Assembly (NCBI GenBank): GCA_964501105.1
Contig: CAZCRG010000001.1
Coordinates: forward strand, 1-60,397
Direction: 5' to 3'
Origin: Candidatus Hydrothermarchaeota archaeon
GTDB lineage: Archaea; Hydrothermarchaeota; Hydrothermarchaeia; Hydrothermarchaeales; BMS3B
DNA length: 60,397 nt
Shown: positions 17,380-26,903 of the stretch, one piece after another
Position numbering within the stretch: the stretch's first letter is position 1
Layout: every line of letters begins with the position of its first letter
Position numbers and translations under genes: made by a program
Notes under the pieces: model-generated
The model's database searches: none
What the model was told of the DNA's origin: nothing
The model's input: only the letters and a program-made list of their open reading frames with translations

Positions 17380-17622
17380 ATGCGCCACTATAGAAAAGGT
17401 TTCTGGATGCAACCCGGAAAGGACTACCAGTGTGCCTTCTGCGGTGTCAAGTTTGGAACAAGTTATGTTAAATTTATAAGAAGCTGCCCCTCCTGCCATA
17501 AGGAATTTTTTTCATTTATTGAATTGGATAAGGAGATTGCCTGCTTCCACAGGAATGAAATGGTTAATGAGGAGCTCTGCCACTTCTGCAAACTTCGCTT
17601 AGAAGGACTCTGCGAAGAGTAA
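17380..17622 (+). CDS. Small Cys-rich zinc-ribbon protein, hypothetical
   Basis: 80 aa with CAFC...CPSC and CHFC pairs. Confidence 0.4.
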   Translation: MRHYRKGFWMQPGKDYQCAFCGVKFGTSYVKFIRSCPSCHKEFFSFIELDKEIACFHRNEMVNEELCHFCKLRLEGLCEE

Positions 17623-17657
17623 GTTTTCTTTAGTTAGGTAAAGTTTTATTTAGTGCT

Positions 17658-18404
17658 ATGAAACCTGCTGGTACCAAATTCAGAGTACTTGCTGAGATTG
17701 CACTAAGGCAGCCCAAGGTTAAGCAGGCAGAGGTTGCTGAAGCTCTGAGCATAACTCCCCAGGCGGCCTCAGATTTCTTCAGAAAACTCTCTGAAGAAGG
17801 ATTAATAAAAGGCTCTCAGGGCAGCTACAGTGTGACAGAGGAGGGTCTTGAGCTCCTTATTTCTGGTGCCAGAGAGCTTCTTGCCCTTTCAAGAGAACTT
17901 CTTGAGGAGGTCGAGAGTAGAGTCAAAGTAATTACAGCCATAGCAGAGGAAAGAGTTGAAAAAGGACAGAGAGTAGCTATTGAGATGAGAAAGGGACTCC
18001 TTTATGCCAGAAGAGAAGATGGGGCTTCTGGAATTGCAGTTATAAATGCAGAGAAAGGAGAAGACCTGGGAGTAAAGCTCCTGGAGGGTAAGCTCTCCCC
18101 CGGCAGAGGGAAGATAAGGATAGTGAGAGTTCCCCCCATAGAAAGGGGTGGGAGCAGAAAAGCAGATCTTGAGCTGTTAAAGCAGCTCGCCAAAAAAAGT
18201 GATTTTGTTGCTGCTCTTGGCATAGAAGCTCTTGTCGCTCTGAAAAAAGCGGAAATTAAAGCAGAAGCTTTCTTTGGCTCCGCCTGCGCAGCCCTTGAAG
18301 CTGCTCAGCATGGATGCAGTGTGCTCATTGCTGCTGTTGAGGATGAGCTTTTTCTCCTTATGGAAAAAGTTGAGAGGAGTAATGTAGAGTACAGGATTTA
18401 CTGA
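17658..18404 (+). CDS. Putative transcriptional regulator with an N-terminal wHTH domain
   Basis: The N-terminus has the pattern KVKQAEVAEALSITPQAASDFFRKLSEEGLI. The C-terminal domain of about 170 aa is unassigned. Confidence 0.5.
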   Translation: MKPAGTKFRVLAEIALRQPKVKQAEVAEALSITPQAASDFFRKLSEEGLIKGSQGSYSVTEEGLELLISGARELLALSRELLEEVESRVKVITAIAEERVEKGQRVAIEMRKGLLYARREDGASGIAVINAEKGEDLGVKLLEGKLSPGRGKIRIVRVPPIERGGSRKADLELLKQLAKKSDFVAALGIEALVALKKAEIKAEAFFGSACAALEAAQHGCSVLIAAVEDELFLLMEKVERSNVEYRIY

Positions 18405-18419
18405 TTTGGATAATCGATA

Positions 18420-19241
18420 TTAAAGCCCCAGAACATCAAAGGTGGAGTAAATCCTGCCCTTCTCTGCCTTCACCACAAAAAGAGCAGCCTTGAGAGCACC
18501 ATTCACAAAAGCCTGCCTGGAATGGGCACGGTGAACAAGCTCAATCCTCTCACCATCGCCAGCAAAAATTACAATATGGTCGCCAACCACATCTCCAGCT
18601 CTCACAGCATGAAAACCTATCTCCTCTCTGCTTCTCTCCCCTGGCCTTCCCTGTCTTCCAAAGATGCTAACTTCATTTAAATCCCTGCCCAGAGCTTTTG
18701 CTATTAGCTCTCCAGCTTTAAGTGCAGTACCGGATGGCGCATCCTTCTTGTGCCTGTGGTGAATCTCAATAATCTCGACATCATAGCTCTCGCCAAGAGT
18801 CTTTGCTATATCCTGGGCTATTTTGAAGAAGACATTGACGCCTGTGGCCATATTTGGAGAAAGCACAAGGGCAATTTCACCACTTTCAACAGCTTTCTCA
18901 ATTTCTTTTAGCTGCTCTTTTGAAAAGCCGGTGGTGCCAATAACAAGGTCAACCTTAGCAGTAGCACAGGCTTCCACTGCTTTTACGCTTGCTTCCGGGG
19001 CTGTAAAATCTATCAGCACTTCAGCTTTGCTCTCCCTGAGTACTTTCTCCATATCCTCAGAGGAGCTTAATGCAACCCCAAGCTTACCAGCACCAAGAAC
19101 TTCGCCCACATCCCTGCCTATCTCACTCCTGCCAGGGGCCTCAAAGGCTGCAACCACATCAAAATCATCACTTTCCAGAGCAGTTTTTAATATTCCTGAG
19201 CCCATTCTTCCCAGGGCGCCTGAAACAGCCAGCCTCACCAT
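18420..19241 (-). CDS. dapB: 4-hydroxy-tetrahydrodipicolinate reductase
   Basis: N-terminal GALGRMG Rossmann motif and EIIEIHHRHKKDAPSGTA signature. Confidence 0.9.
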   Translation of the reverse strand: MVRLAVSGALGRMGSGILKTALESDDFDVVAAFEAPGRSEIGRDVGEVLGAGKLGVALSSSEDMEKVLRESKAEVLIDFTAPEASVKAVEACATAKVDLVIGTTGFSKEQLKEIEKAVESGEIALVLSPNMATGVNVFFKIAQDIAKTLGESYDVEIIEIHHRHKKDAPSGTALKAGELIAKALGRDLNEVSIFGRQGRPGERSREEIGFHAVRAGDVVGDHIVIFAGDGERIELVHRAHSRQAFVNGALKAALFVVKAEKGRIYSTFDVLGL

Positions 19242-19245
19242 ACTA

Positions 19246-20130
19246 TCACAGCAGACTCAATTTCTCAAGCATCTCTTTAATTCTTTCCCTCTTCTCCGCT
19301 GTTGTCTCACAGAGAGGTAAGCGAAAGCCGCCTGCTGGCATACCCAGGAGGTTCATGGCCTCCTTCACAGGCACAGGGTTGGTATCTATAAAGAGCACTT
19401 TGAAGAAGTCTTCAAGAGCCTTATGCTCCTTTTCCATGGCCTCAAAGTTATTATTCAATCCCAGCTCAACAAACTTCTGCATCCTCCCGGGTATAACATT
19501 GGAGGCTACACTAACAACTCCCTTTGCATTGTAGCTCTTCATCATTTCATAGGTGTCTGAATCATTACCTGAGAGGAGTATAAAATCACTGCCACAGAGT
19601 TCTCTAATCTTCTCCCAGACCTCAGGTTTTCCTGTTGCTTCCTTAACTCCAACAATGTGAGAATACTCTTCACTCAACCTTGCCATAGTCTCAGGAGAAA
19701 TCTCAAGGGCACTCCTGCCCGGGATATTGTAGAGGATAATGGGAATTTCCACAGCCTCAGCTATGGCAGAGAAATGCCTGAATAGCCCCTCCTGGGAAGG
19801 CTTATTGTAGTAGGGGCATACCTGAAGGCTTGCATGAGCACCAGCATCTTCGGCATGCTTTGTCATCTCAATTGCTTCCCAGGTGGAGTTGGAACCTGTG
19901 CCTGCAATAACCTTACTTTCTGCCTTCTCTATGGTAACCTCAATTACCCTGTTGTGCTCCTCATGGCTCAGAACAGGGCTCTCGCCTGTGGTGCCGCAGG
20001 CAACTATTCCAGCCACTCTGCCAGAGTTCTGAATCTCAATAAGCCTGGAATAAGCTTCATAGTCTACTTCAGGCTTAATACCAGAGCTCTTAAAGGGGGT
20101 AACAATTGCAGTAAAGCAGCCTTCAAACAT
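19246..20130 (-). CDS. dapA: 4-hydroxy-tetrahydrodipicolinate synthase
   Basis: GTTGES, YNIPGRS and the overall DapA pattern. It sits directly upstream of dapB. Confidence 0.9.
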   Translation of the reverse strand: MFEGCFTAIVTPFKSSGIKPEVDYEAYSRLIEIQNSGRVAGIVACGTTGESPVLSHEEHNRVIEVTIEKAESKVIAGTGSNSTWEAIEMTKHAEDAGAHASLQVCPYYNKPSQEGLFRHFSAIAEAVEIPIILYNIPGRSALEISPETMARLSEEYSHIVGVKEATGKPEVWEKIRELCGSDFILLSGNDSDTYEMMKSYNAKGVVSVASNVIPGRMQKFVELGLNNNFEAMEKEHKALEDFFKVLFIDTNPVPVKEAMNLLGMPAGGFRLPLCETTAEKRERIKEMLEKLSLL

Positions 20131-20131
20131 A

Positions 20132-20332
20132 CTATCCTGCCACGTAAGACTTCTTCTTCACAAGCCTTGTTACATAGCCAGCAATCCTATTCCTAACAAT
20201 ATTGCCCTCTACATCAAGGACCTTCTCTATAAACTCTCTATTCTTCTTAAAGTCATCTGTGAGGTACTTTGAGTACTTCTTCACAATGGCAATGGATGCT
20301 CGCTTTATATCCTTCTGTCTTATTCTTCCTAT
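20132..20332 (-). CDS. rps17e: 30S ribosomal protein S17e (absent from the ORF track; apparent ATA start)
   Basis: The minus-strand translation is (M)GRIRQKDIKRASIAIVKKYSKYLTDDFKKNREFIEKVLDVEGNIVRNRIAGYVTRLVKKKSYVAG. The GRIRQ...IKR...F..DF..NK...RNRIAGY pattern is S17e. GGAGGTGA lies 4 nt upstream of the ATA. The stop is 1 nt from the dapA start. Confidence 0.8.
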   Translation of the reverse strand: MGRIRQKDIKRASIAIVKKYSKYLTDDFKKNREFIEKVLDVEGNIVRNRIAGYVTRLVKKKSYVAG

Positions 20333-20426
20333 ATTCTCACCTCCTGAACCTTCTCTAAACTACATGAGGTTAACTTTAAAAACCATAACATCTGCTTATA
20401 TTTAAATTTTCTTATGGAGGTGCCCT

Positions 20427-21332
20427 ATGAGAAAAGTTGTAGTTGTCGGTCTGGCCGTGTTCGTCTTTGTAGTAGTTATCTCTCTAATTGGAGCCTTTCT
20501 CATCTCCAGCAAAGCCTCCTCTATAGGTGGAGGCAATAAAGTTGCAGTAATAAGTATAGAGGGCACAATACAGATGTCTTCGCCTGACGGAAGCTTCGTT
20601 TCAACTGAAGCCACAACTCCCAAAGATTTTAAGAATAAAATTGAACAGGCTTTAAAAGACGACTCTGTTAAAGCTATAGTATTATATATCAACTCCCCCG
20701 GGGGCAGTGTGGTTGCCAGTGAGGAGATAAGTGCTGCCATTAAAAAGGCAAAAAAGGAGAAGCCTGTCGTAGCCTGGTTAGGCGAAATTGCAACCTCTGG
20801 CGGCTACTTTGTTGCCAGTGCCTCTGACTACATTGTAGCAGACCCTGCAAGCATCACTGGTAGTATTGGTGTAATTTCAATATTCCCAGAGTATTCAAGG
20901 CTTTTTGAGAAGATTGGGTTGAATATGACAGTTATCAAAGCTGGGAAGTATAAGGATTTCAGCACAGGCTTCAGACCTCTCACTGAGGAGGAGAAGGCAA
21001 TGATGGAGGAGCTTATCTATGAAACCTATGAGCTCTTTATAAAGGAAGTCTCAGAGAACAGAAATCTCAGCGAGGACTATGTTAAAAGTGTGGCTGAAGG
21101 AAGAATCTACTCAGGAAACAAGGCTGTGGAGCTAAAGCTTGCCGATGAAGTGGGCAGCTTTGACGACGCTGTGAAGAAGGCTGCTGAGATGGCTGGTATA
21201 GAGGGCGAACCTCAGATTGTAACCTACGAAAGGCCAAGCTTCCTCAGGGAAATCCTCTGGGGCTCCTTTGAAAGCTTTGGCTACGGTCTTGCGAGAGGCA
21301 TGGTAGAGACAAAGGGAGAGGTAAGGTTCTGA
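20427..21332 (+). CDS. sppA: Signal peptide peptidase SppA (S49 family, 36K type)
   Basis: N-terminal TM anchor, INSPGGSV, nucleophile region ATSGGY, and GGAGGTG ahead of the ATG. Confidence 0.85.
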   Translation: MRKVVVVGLAVFVFVVVISLIGAFLISSKASSIGGGNKVAVISIEGTIQMSSPDGSFVSTEATTPKDFKNKIEQALKDDSVKAIVLYINSPGGSVVASEEISAAIKKAKKEKPVVAWLGEIATSGGYFVASASDYIVADPASITGSIGVISIFPEYSRLFEKIGLNMTVIKAGKYKDFSTGFRPLTEEEKAMMEELIYETYELFIKEVSENRNLSEDYVKSVAEGRIYSGNKAVELKLADEVGSFDDAVKKAAEMAGIEGEPQIVTYERPSFLREILWGSFESFGYGLARGMVETKGEVRF

Positions 21333-21333
21333 T

Positions 21334-22320
21334 ATGCTAATGTATGCCCTCCCAAAGGATGAAGCTCTTGAGAAGATTAAAGGTTATTTTTCTCTTGATA
21401 GAGAGTTTCTAGAGGAGCTATTTCTCGCCACTGCCCAGGATGTGGTAATGGAGATTCCAGAAGAGGCTCTGGAAGAGCTGAAGAGAAATGTGGAACTCTG
21501 GCTTCAGGGTTATGCTGTTCCCCTTGAGGTTCTTGAAGAAGCCAAGAGAATTAAAGAGGGAAACCCCTTTATATCTGAACTTAAGGATGCCTTTAAAGTT
21601 GTAATCCCCGGAGAGGATCTGACAGCTGAGCCAGATGCCAACTACAACTTTTCAAAGCACTTCTCTGAGCTTGTGGAAGGCAATGTTGTGCTTGACCTTG
21701 CTTCAGGCTTCGGCTGGATTCCAGTTTTTCTGAGTAGAAAAAAGAGAGTCCTTGCTCTCGACTATTCCTACAACAACAGAATAATCTACGAAGAGGACAG
21801 GATTTATATAGAGGGCACCACCATTGAGCTCTTCCCTGGCTATCCTGAGGGGAGAGCCTTCCTGAGGGAGAAAAAACTTGAGATTTATGCAGATTTTGCT
21901 GAGCTTTTCTGGGAAGCTCAGGATGCAAAGCTTGAGAATATTGTTATACTTCAGGGAGATGCCAAGAATCTTAAAGAAGCTCTAAGTATTAAAGAGAATA
22001 AGAAAATTCCCCTCAGGGAAGAAGAAATAAAGGCAGTAACCTGCTTCTTTGGATTAAACCACATAGGCAGAGGCTGGGAGAAGGTTGTTAAGGAGGTTTA
22101 CTCACTCCTGAAGGAAGGTGGAAAAGCCTACTTTGCCCTCTATTCTGAGCACCTTGAGAAATTTCCCCTGAAGGGCTTTTACGACTGGACTGAAGCTCTT
22201 GAAATAGAGATTATTCCTCTGAAGAACTTCCTTTCAGAAGCAGAGAGAGCTGGCTTTTCAGCAGAAGTTGTTGAGCATCCCAGAGAGGATCTCTACAGTA
22301 TTGTGGTGCTGGAGAAATAG
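21334..22320 (+). CDS. Class I SAM-dependent methyltransferase with an N-terminal helical domain
   Basis: Motif I VLDLASGFGW and a post-motif region LKEGGKAYF. The start is 1 nt after the sppA stop. Confidence 0.6.
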   Translation: MLMYALPKDEALEKIKGYFSLDREFLEELFLATAQDVVMEIPEEALEELKRNVELWLQGYAVPLEVLEEAKRIKEGNPFISELKDAFKVVIPGEDLTAEPDANYNFSKHFSELVEGNVVLDLASGFGWIPVFLSRKKRVLALDYSYNNRIIYEEDRIYIEGTTIELFPGYPEGRAFLREKKLEIYADFAELFWEAQDAKLENIVILQGDAKNLKEALSIKENKKIPLREEEIKAVTCFFGLNHIGRGWEKVVKEVYSLLKEGGKAYFALYSEHLEKFPLKGFYDWTEALEIEIIPLKNFLSEAERAGFSAEVVEHPREDLYSIVVLEK

Positions 22321-22462
22321 AATAAACTTCTCATTTACAGAGTGGGTGCTGAGACAATAGCGAGAAGCATGAAGATAGAACAGTCGGAAGCACATAATAG
22401 AAAAATATTTTATGTTGTTGATAGCCTGAAATAAGAAGGACGGCTTTTGAGAGGTATCAAAA

Positions 22463-24178
22463 TTGAAGAGGATAAAAATAACCGACACAACCTTCAGAGA
22501 TGCTCACCAGAGCCTTGCTGCAACTAGAATGCGCACAAGGCATATGATACCAATTATTGAGAAGATGGACGAGGTGGGCTTCTTTTCCCTCGAGGTATGG
22601 GGTGGTGCAACTTTTGATGCCTGCATAAGATATCTCAATGAAGATCCCTGGGAGAGAATAAGAATTTTCAAAAAGTACCTGAAGAATACACCAACCCAGA
22701 TGCTTCTCCGAGGCCAGAATCTTGTGGGTTATAAGCACTACAGCGATGATATTGTTGAAAAGTTTATTGAGAAGTCCTTTGAAAATGGTGTTGATATCTT
22801 CAGAATCTTTGATGCTCTCAATGATATAAGAAATATGGAATTTTCCATAAAGGTTGCCAAGCGCATTGGTGCTCATGTTCAGGGCACAATCTGCTACACC
22901 ATATCACCTGTTCATACTATTGACAAGTTTGTGGAGATGGCAAAGCAGCTGGAGCAGCTTGAATGCGACTCTCTCTGTATAAAGGATATGGCTGGTTTAA
23001 TCACGCCAAATGCTGCCTATGAGCTTGTAAAGGCTCTGAAAAAAGAGATTTCCATACCAATAGACCTACATTCTCACTGCACCTCTGGCATGGCGCCCAT
23101 CTCCTACTATGCTGCCGTTGAAGCTGGTGTTGATATACTTGATACTGCCATGTCACCCTTCTCCTGGGGAACCTCACAACCACCAACTGAGAGTATAGTT
23201 GCAGCTCTCGAAGGAACACCCTACGACACAGGCATAAAGCAGGAGAGTTTCAAGGGCATAACTGAGTTCTTCAGAGATGTGAGGAAGAAGTATTCTGCCA
23301 TAATAGATGAGATCTCCCAGATGATTGACACCAATGTTCTACTCTATCAAATTCCTGGCGGTATGCTCTCCAACCTGATATCCCAGCTCAAGGAGCAGAA
23401 TGCTCTTGACAAATTTGAGGAAGTGCTCAATGAGGTTCCCAGGGTAAGAGAAGAGCTGGGCTATCCACCTCTTGTTACTCCAACCTCTCAAATAGTGGGC
23501 ACCCAGGCTGTTATGAATGTTCTCATTGAAGAGCGCTATAAGGTGGTGTCCCAGGAGGTAAAGGACTATGTTAAAGGTCTCTATGGCAGACCTCCAGCAC
23601 CAATAAAGGATGATATTAAGGCAAAGATTATTGGCGATGAAGAACCAATAACCACAAGGCCTGCTGACTTACTCCAGCCCACGCTTCACCTCATGGAAGA
23701 AGAGGCAAGGAAGCTGGGAATTGTTAAGAAAGAGGAGGATATTTTAACCTATGCCCTTTACCCCTCTATAGCTCCAAGATTTCTGAAGGGTGAGCTCATA
23801 GAGGAGCCCCTGAAGCCTCCCAAAGAGGAAGAAAAGGAAGAGAAGGGCATACCCACTGAGTTCAAAGTTGAGGTTGACGGCGAAGAGTTCTTTGTCAAGG
23901 TCGAACCTCTTGGCGGTTTTGTTGATATAAGCGAGGCCAAGCCAAAGGAGAAGCCTAAAGAAGTTGAGGGAGGAATAGCCTCGCCCATGCAGGGTATGAT
24001 TGTCAAGCTCAAGGTGAAGGAAGGAGACAAAGTTAATAAGGGAGATGTAGTTGCTGTGCTTGAGGCAATGAAAATGCAGAATGATATAGTTGCCACTCAC
24101 GGGGGCGAGGTTAAGGAGATTTTTGTTTCTGAAGGGGACAATGTTGCTGCCGGCGATATTATAATGGCTGTGCAGTAA
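22463..24178 (+). CDS. pycB: Pyruvate carboxylase subunit B / oxaloacetate decarboxylase alpha-like (carboxyltransferase plus biotinyl domain)
   Basis: ITDTTFRDAHQSL HMGL-like barrel and the C-terminal biotin attachment motif EAMKMQN. TTG start. Confidence 0.85.
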   Translation: MKRIKITDTTFRDAHQSLAATRMRTRHMIPIIEKMDEVGFFSLEVWGGATFDACIRYLNEDPWERIRIFKKYLKNTPTQMLLRGQNLVGYKHYSDDIVEKFIEKSFENGVDIFRIFDALNDIRNMEFSIKVAKRIGAHVQGTICYTISPVHTIDKFVEMAKQLEQLECDSLCIKDMAGLITPNAAYELVKALKKEISIPIDLHSHCTSGMAPISYYAAVEAGVDILDTAMSPFSWGTSQPPTESIVAALEGTPYDTGIKQESFKGITEFFRDVRKKYSAIIDEISQMIDTNVLLYQIPGGMLSNLISQLKEQNALDKFEEVLNEVPRVREELGYPPLVTPTSQIVGTQAVMNVLIEERYKVVSQEVKDYVKGLYGRPPAPIKDDIKAKIIGDEEPITTRPADLLQPTLHLMEEEARKLGIVKKEEDILTYALYPSIAPRFLKGELIEEPLKPPKEEEKEEKGIPTEFKVEVDGEEFFVKVEPLGGFVDISEAKPKEKPKEVEGGIASPMQGMIVKLKVKEGDKVNKGDVVAVLEAMKMQNDIVATHGGEVKEIFVSEGDNVAAGDIIMAVQ

Positions 24179-24199
24179 GCATTACAAAGAGCTAAAAAC

Positions 24200-25123
24200 T
24201 CATATATAATGCTCAAGGCTGCGCTGCATCTTGCTCAGCCTCCTCTGCCTGAGCACAACAAACTTCTGAAAGGCTTCGAGATTTCTGAATTTTAGATTTT
24301 TAATTGCAGAGAAGCTCCAGTCGCTGGCATTTATACTTGCCACGCTGTTTGCTATATTTGCAGCCTTCAAAGCATTTTCAGTAAGCATATAGCAGGTAAT
24401 AAAACTCCCAGCGTAAGCATCACCACAGCCAGTTAAATCAACAACATGCTGCTGAATCACAGATGGTGAGAAGTTTATCTCCCCTCTATCTATAACAACA
24501 CTTCCATAAACTCCCATGGTGATGACAACTATATTTGCATCAAGCTTTTTAAAGGCATTAATGGCCTGTTCAATACTTCTGGTCTTTGTTAGTAGCATAG
24601 CTTCCTCGTCATTTATGGTGAAGACATCCACCATGGAAATAAGTTCAAGAAGTTCCTTCCTGTATCTTGCAAAGTAGGCTGCATGGGTGTTAAGAGAAAT
24701 CAAGCCGTAGGTGTTCTCCCTTAGAAATTCAACAAAACTCTTCTGCTTGCTGGCTGCCATGGGAGCAATGTGGAAAGCCTTGGCTGTGAGATACTTCTTT
24801 GGAAGGTCTTCAGGTCGTATATGTACGCCCACACCGAGAGAGTAAGCATTATAAACAGCCTGAGCATTTTCAGTGTAGGTTATATCAAAGAAGGTGCTTT
24901 TTCCAGAGACCTGTTTTATGCCAGTGGTGTCTATACCGAGGGATTCAAGAGTGCTGAAAAAGTCTGCAGGAAAGTCTCTGCCAACTCTTGATACTATGCC
25001 CGAGTCAGCAAAGATGTTGGCAGCTATGGCAGAGTAAACACTTGCTCCTCCAAGCTGCTTCCTCCTCCTGCCGTTGATTTCAACTCTGTCAACACTCGCA
25101 TGGCCTATAGCAACGACTTCCAT
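24200..25123 (-). CDS. PfkB-family carbohydrate/nucleoside kinase
   Basis: GGASVY near the N-terminus and the C-terminal DLTGCGDAYAGSF anion-hole motif. Confidence 0.75.
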   Translation of the reverse strand: MEVVAIGHASVDRVEINGRRRKQLGGASVYSAIAANIFADSGIVSRVGRDFPADFFSTLESLGIDTTGIKQVSGKSTFFDITYTENAQAVYNAYSLGVGVHIRPEDLPKKYLTAKAFHIAPMAASKQKSFVEFLRENTYGLISLNTHAAYFARYRKELLELISMVDVFTINDEEAMLLTKTRSIEQAINAFKKLDANIVVITMGVYGSVVIDRGEINFSPSVIQQHVVDLTGCGDAYAGSFITCYMLTENALKAANIANSVASINASDWSFSAIKNLKFRNLEAFQKFVVLRQRRLSKMQRSLEHYI

Positions 25124-25153
25124 ACTTTCAGAACTCCTGAAGAAAATAAAATT

Positions 25154-25696
25154 TTAACTCTCACCCTCTTCACTGTAGGTCATAATGTAGCCCAGCACAA
25201 AGCCAATCATCAGGCCCAGAAGGTGGGACATAAAGCCAGTGGTTACAGCAATTATAAAGAAAATTACCCCGTATAGCAGAGAAGTTGCAATGCCGTGGGA
25301 ATAGTCTCTTCGCTGGGCCACAAGAACACTGCCAAGAACACCAAAAATTGCCCCAGAAGCACCAGCAAGAGCACTACCCTGTGGATAGAAGATGACTGAA
25401 AGAGAAGAGAAAATTCCTGAAATGAAGTAAATCAATAGAAATCTGAAGCTGCCAAAGATTTTCTCACACTTACTTCCAAAAATTATAAGAAAAACCATAT
25501 TGTACCCCAGATGAGGCAAATCAAAGTGGAAAAATAAGTTGGTTATCAGCCTTATAATTTCTCCACGCTGGAGAGATTCCATAGTTAAGGCCATGAGAGG
25601 AGAAAATTCACTGATACTCAGGAAATAGGAGTTTTTGTACGCAAAATACAGGTAAACTCCAGTGTTTATAAGCACAAGAGCTATTGTGGCAAGCAT
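25154..25696 (-). CDS. Rhomboid-family intramembrane serine protease
   Basis: 6 TM helices, catalytic GASGAIFG, and a downstream His in MSHLLG. Confidence 0.75.
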   Translation of the reverse strand: MLATIALVLINTGVYLYFAYKNSYFLSISEFSPLMALTMESLQRGEIIRLITNLFFHFDLPHLGYNMVFLIIFGSKCEKIFGSFRFLLIYFISGIFSSLSVIFYPQGSALAGASGAIFGVLGSVLVAQRRDYSHGIATSLLYGVIFFIIAVTTGFMSHLLGLMIGFVLGYIMTYSEEGES

Positions 25697-25806
25697 AGTT
25701 ATGCTATTGAGTTTGAGCTATTTCTATTTATTGGAAAGAAGACCAGCTTTATTGTAAGGAAGCCTCAGAAAAGTTTAAGCTGTATGCCGAAGAAAATAGT
25801 GTTACT

Positions 25807-26034
25807 ATGGGAGTAAGGGAGATGAGCTATGAAGAGCTTGAGGGGAAAGCCTTGGAGTATGTGGTGGAGTATCCAGAGAGCCCCATTGCCTGGTTTCTCT
25901 ACTCTCACTGCCTGCTGGAGCTAGAGAAGTATAAGGAAGCTCTTACAGCTCTGGATATGCTGGAGACTGTAGCCAGAAGTAGCTCAAAAATTGATGAGAT
26001 GAGAAAAAAGGCCCTAGAAGGGGCAGTAGTCTAG
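25807..26034 (+). CDS. Small helical (TPR-like) hypothetical protein
   Basis: 75-aa ORF. The only support is its codon usage, which is similar to its neighbours. Its 3' end overlaps the convergent Lrp gene. Confidence 0.3.
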   Translation: MGVREMSYEELEGKALEYVVEYPESPIAWFLYSHCLLELEKYKEALTALDMLETVARSSSKIDEMRKKALEGAVV

Positions 26035-26589
26035 TCCAAGCCAGAACTCTGTAGCAGGACAGCCCTCGCATTTCTTTTCATAGAGGTAGCACTCTATACA
26101 AGGCTTTGTTCCACAGGGAGGTTTATCCTGCTTCTCCGGTATGTCTACATCAAGAAACTCGGGCACCACTGGTGCATCGCCTATAGAAACTTCCATTTTC
26201 TTTATCCCGGGCATTGGTCTTATATCGTTTTCTATAGTGTTCTTAAGCAAAGTTGTGGTTCTGGCAGCTATAATTAGAAGAAGGTTGTAGCTCCCTGTCA
26301 TTGTCATGGCAAAGACCACTCTGGGACACTTTCTAAAGGTATCCGCAAGCCACATGGCCTCCTCCATATTTTTTGCCTCTATGTTGCAAACAGCCAGCTT
26401 CCATTCCCTTTCCTTTACATTCAGCAGGGCTCTTACCTTAACATCCCCTCTAGCCAAAAGCTTATCCAGTCTCTCTTTTGTGGAAGAAGGGGAGAGGTTA
26501 AGTTCCTTAGCCAGCTCTGTAAGTTTAACTCTGCCATCCTTTCTGAGCATTCTGTATATCATGCAGTCCTTTCTATCCATGGCAATCAC
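26014..26589 (-). CDS. Lrp/AsnC-family regulator fused to a C-terminal Cys-rich domain
   Basis: The HTH LRKDGRVKLTELAKELNLSPSSTKERLDKL and a RAM-like domain are followed by a tail CGTKPCIECYLYEKKCEGCP...YCPF. Confidence 0.7.
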   Translation of the reverse strand: MIAMDRKDCMIYRMLRKDGRVKLTELAKELNLSPSSTKERLDKLLARGDVKVRALLNVKEREWKLAVCNIEAKNMEEAMWLADTFRKCPRVVFAMTMTGSYNLLLIIAARTTTLLKNTIENDIRPMPGIKKMEVSIGDAPVVPEFLDVDIPEKQDKPPCGTKPCIECYLYEKKCEGCPATEFWLGLDYCPF

Positions 26590-26903
26590 CGAAAATTTTT
26601 CTGTTTAAGGCTCAACTATCAGGGATAAATTTTATATTATTTAAATTTTACCATTAGAAATAATATGGTGGCATGATTAAAGTGAAAAATTTAATTGTAT
26701 CTGCTCTCACAGTATATTTACTTCCTTCGGCTGGCTGCACTTCAAAGGAGAATCTGGAGGCTTCCCGGATATTCTCTACACACATTTTTCCATGAGTTTA
26801 CCACACATCTAATGCCCCAACCTTATTTTTTTCGGTAGATCATGGAATTTTCACGGGAAAATTTTATATACATCGCATTTATTCTAAAAATTTGTAAAAT
26901 TTA

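Noticed and set aside
20202-20405. 67-aa plus-strand ORF from the track
   Set aside because: It is the antisense shadow of the rps17e gene identified on the minus strand, and it has no motif of its own.
22457-22876. 139-aa minus-strand ORF
   Set aside because: It is antisense to the well-supported 5' region of pycB.
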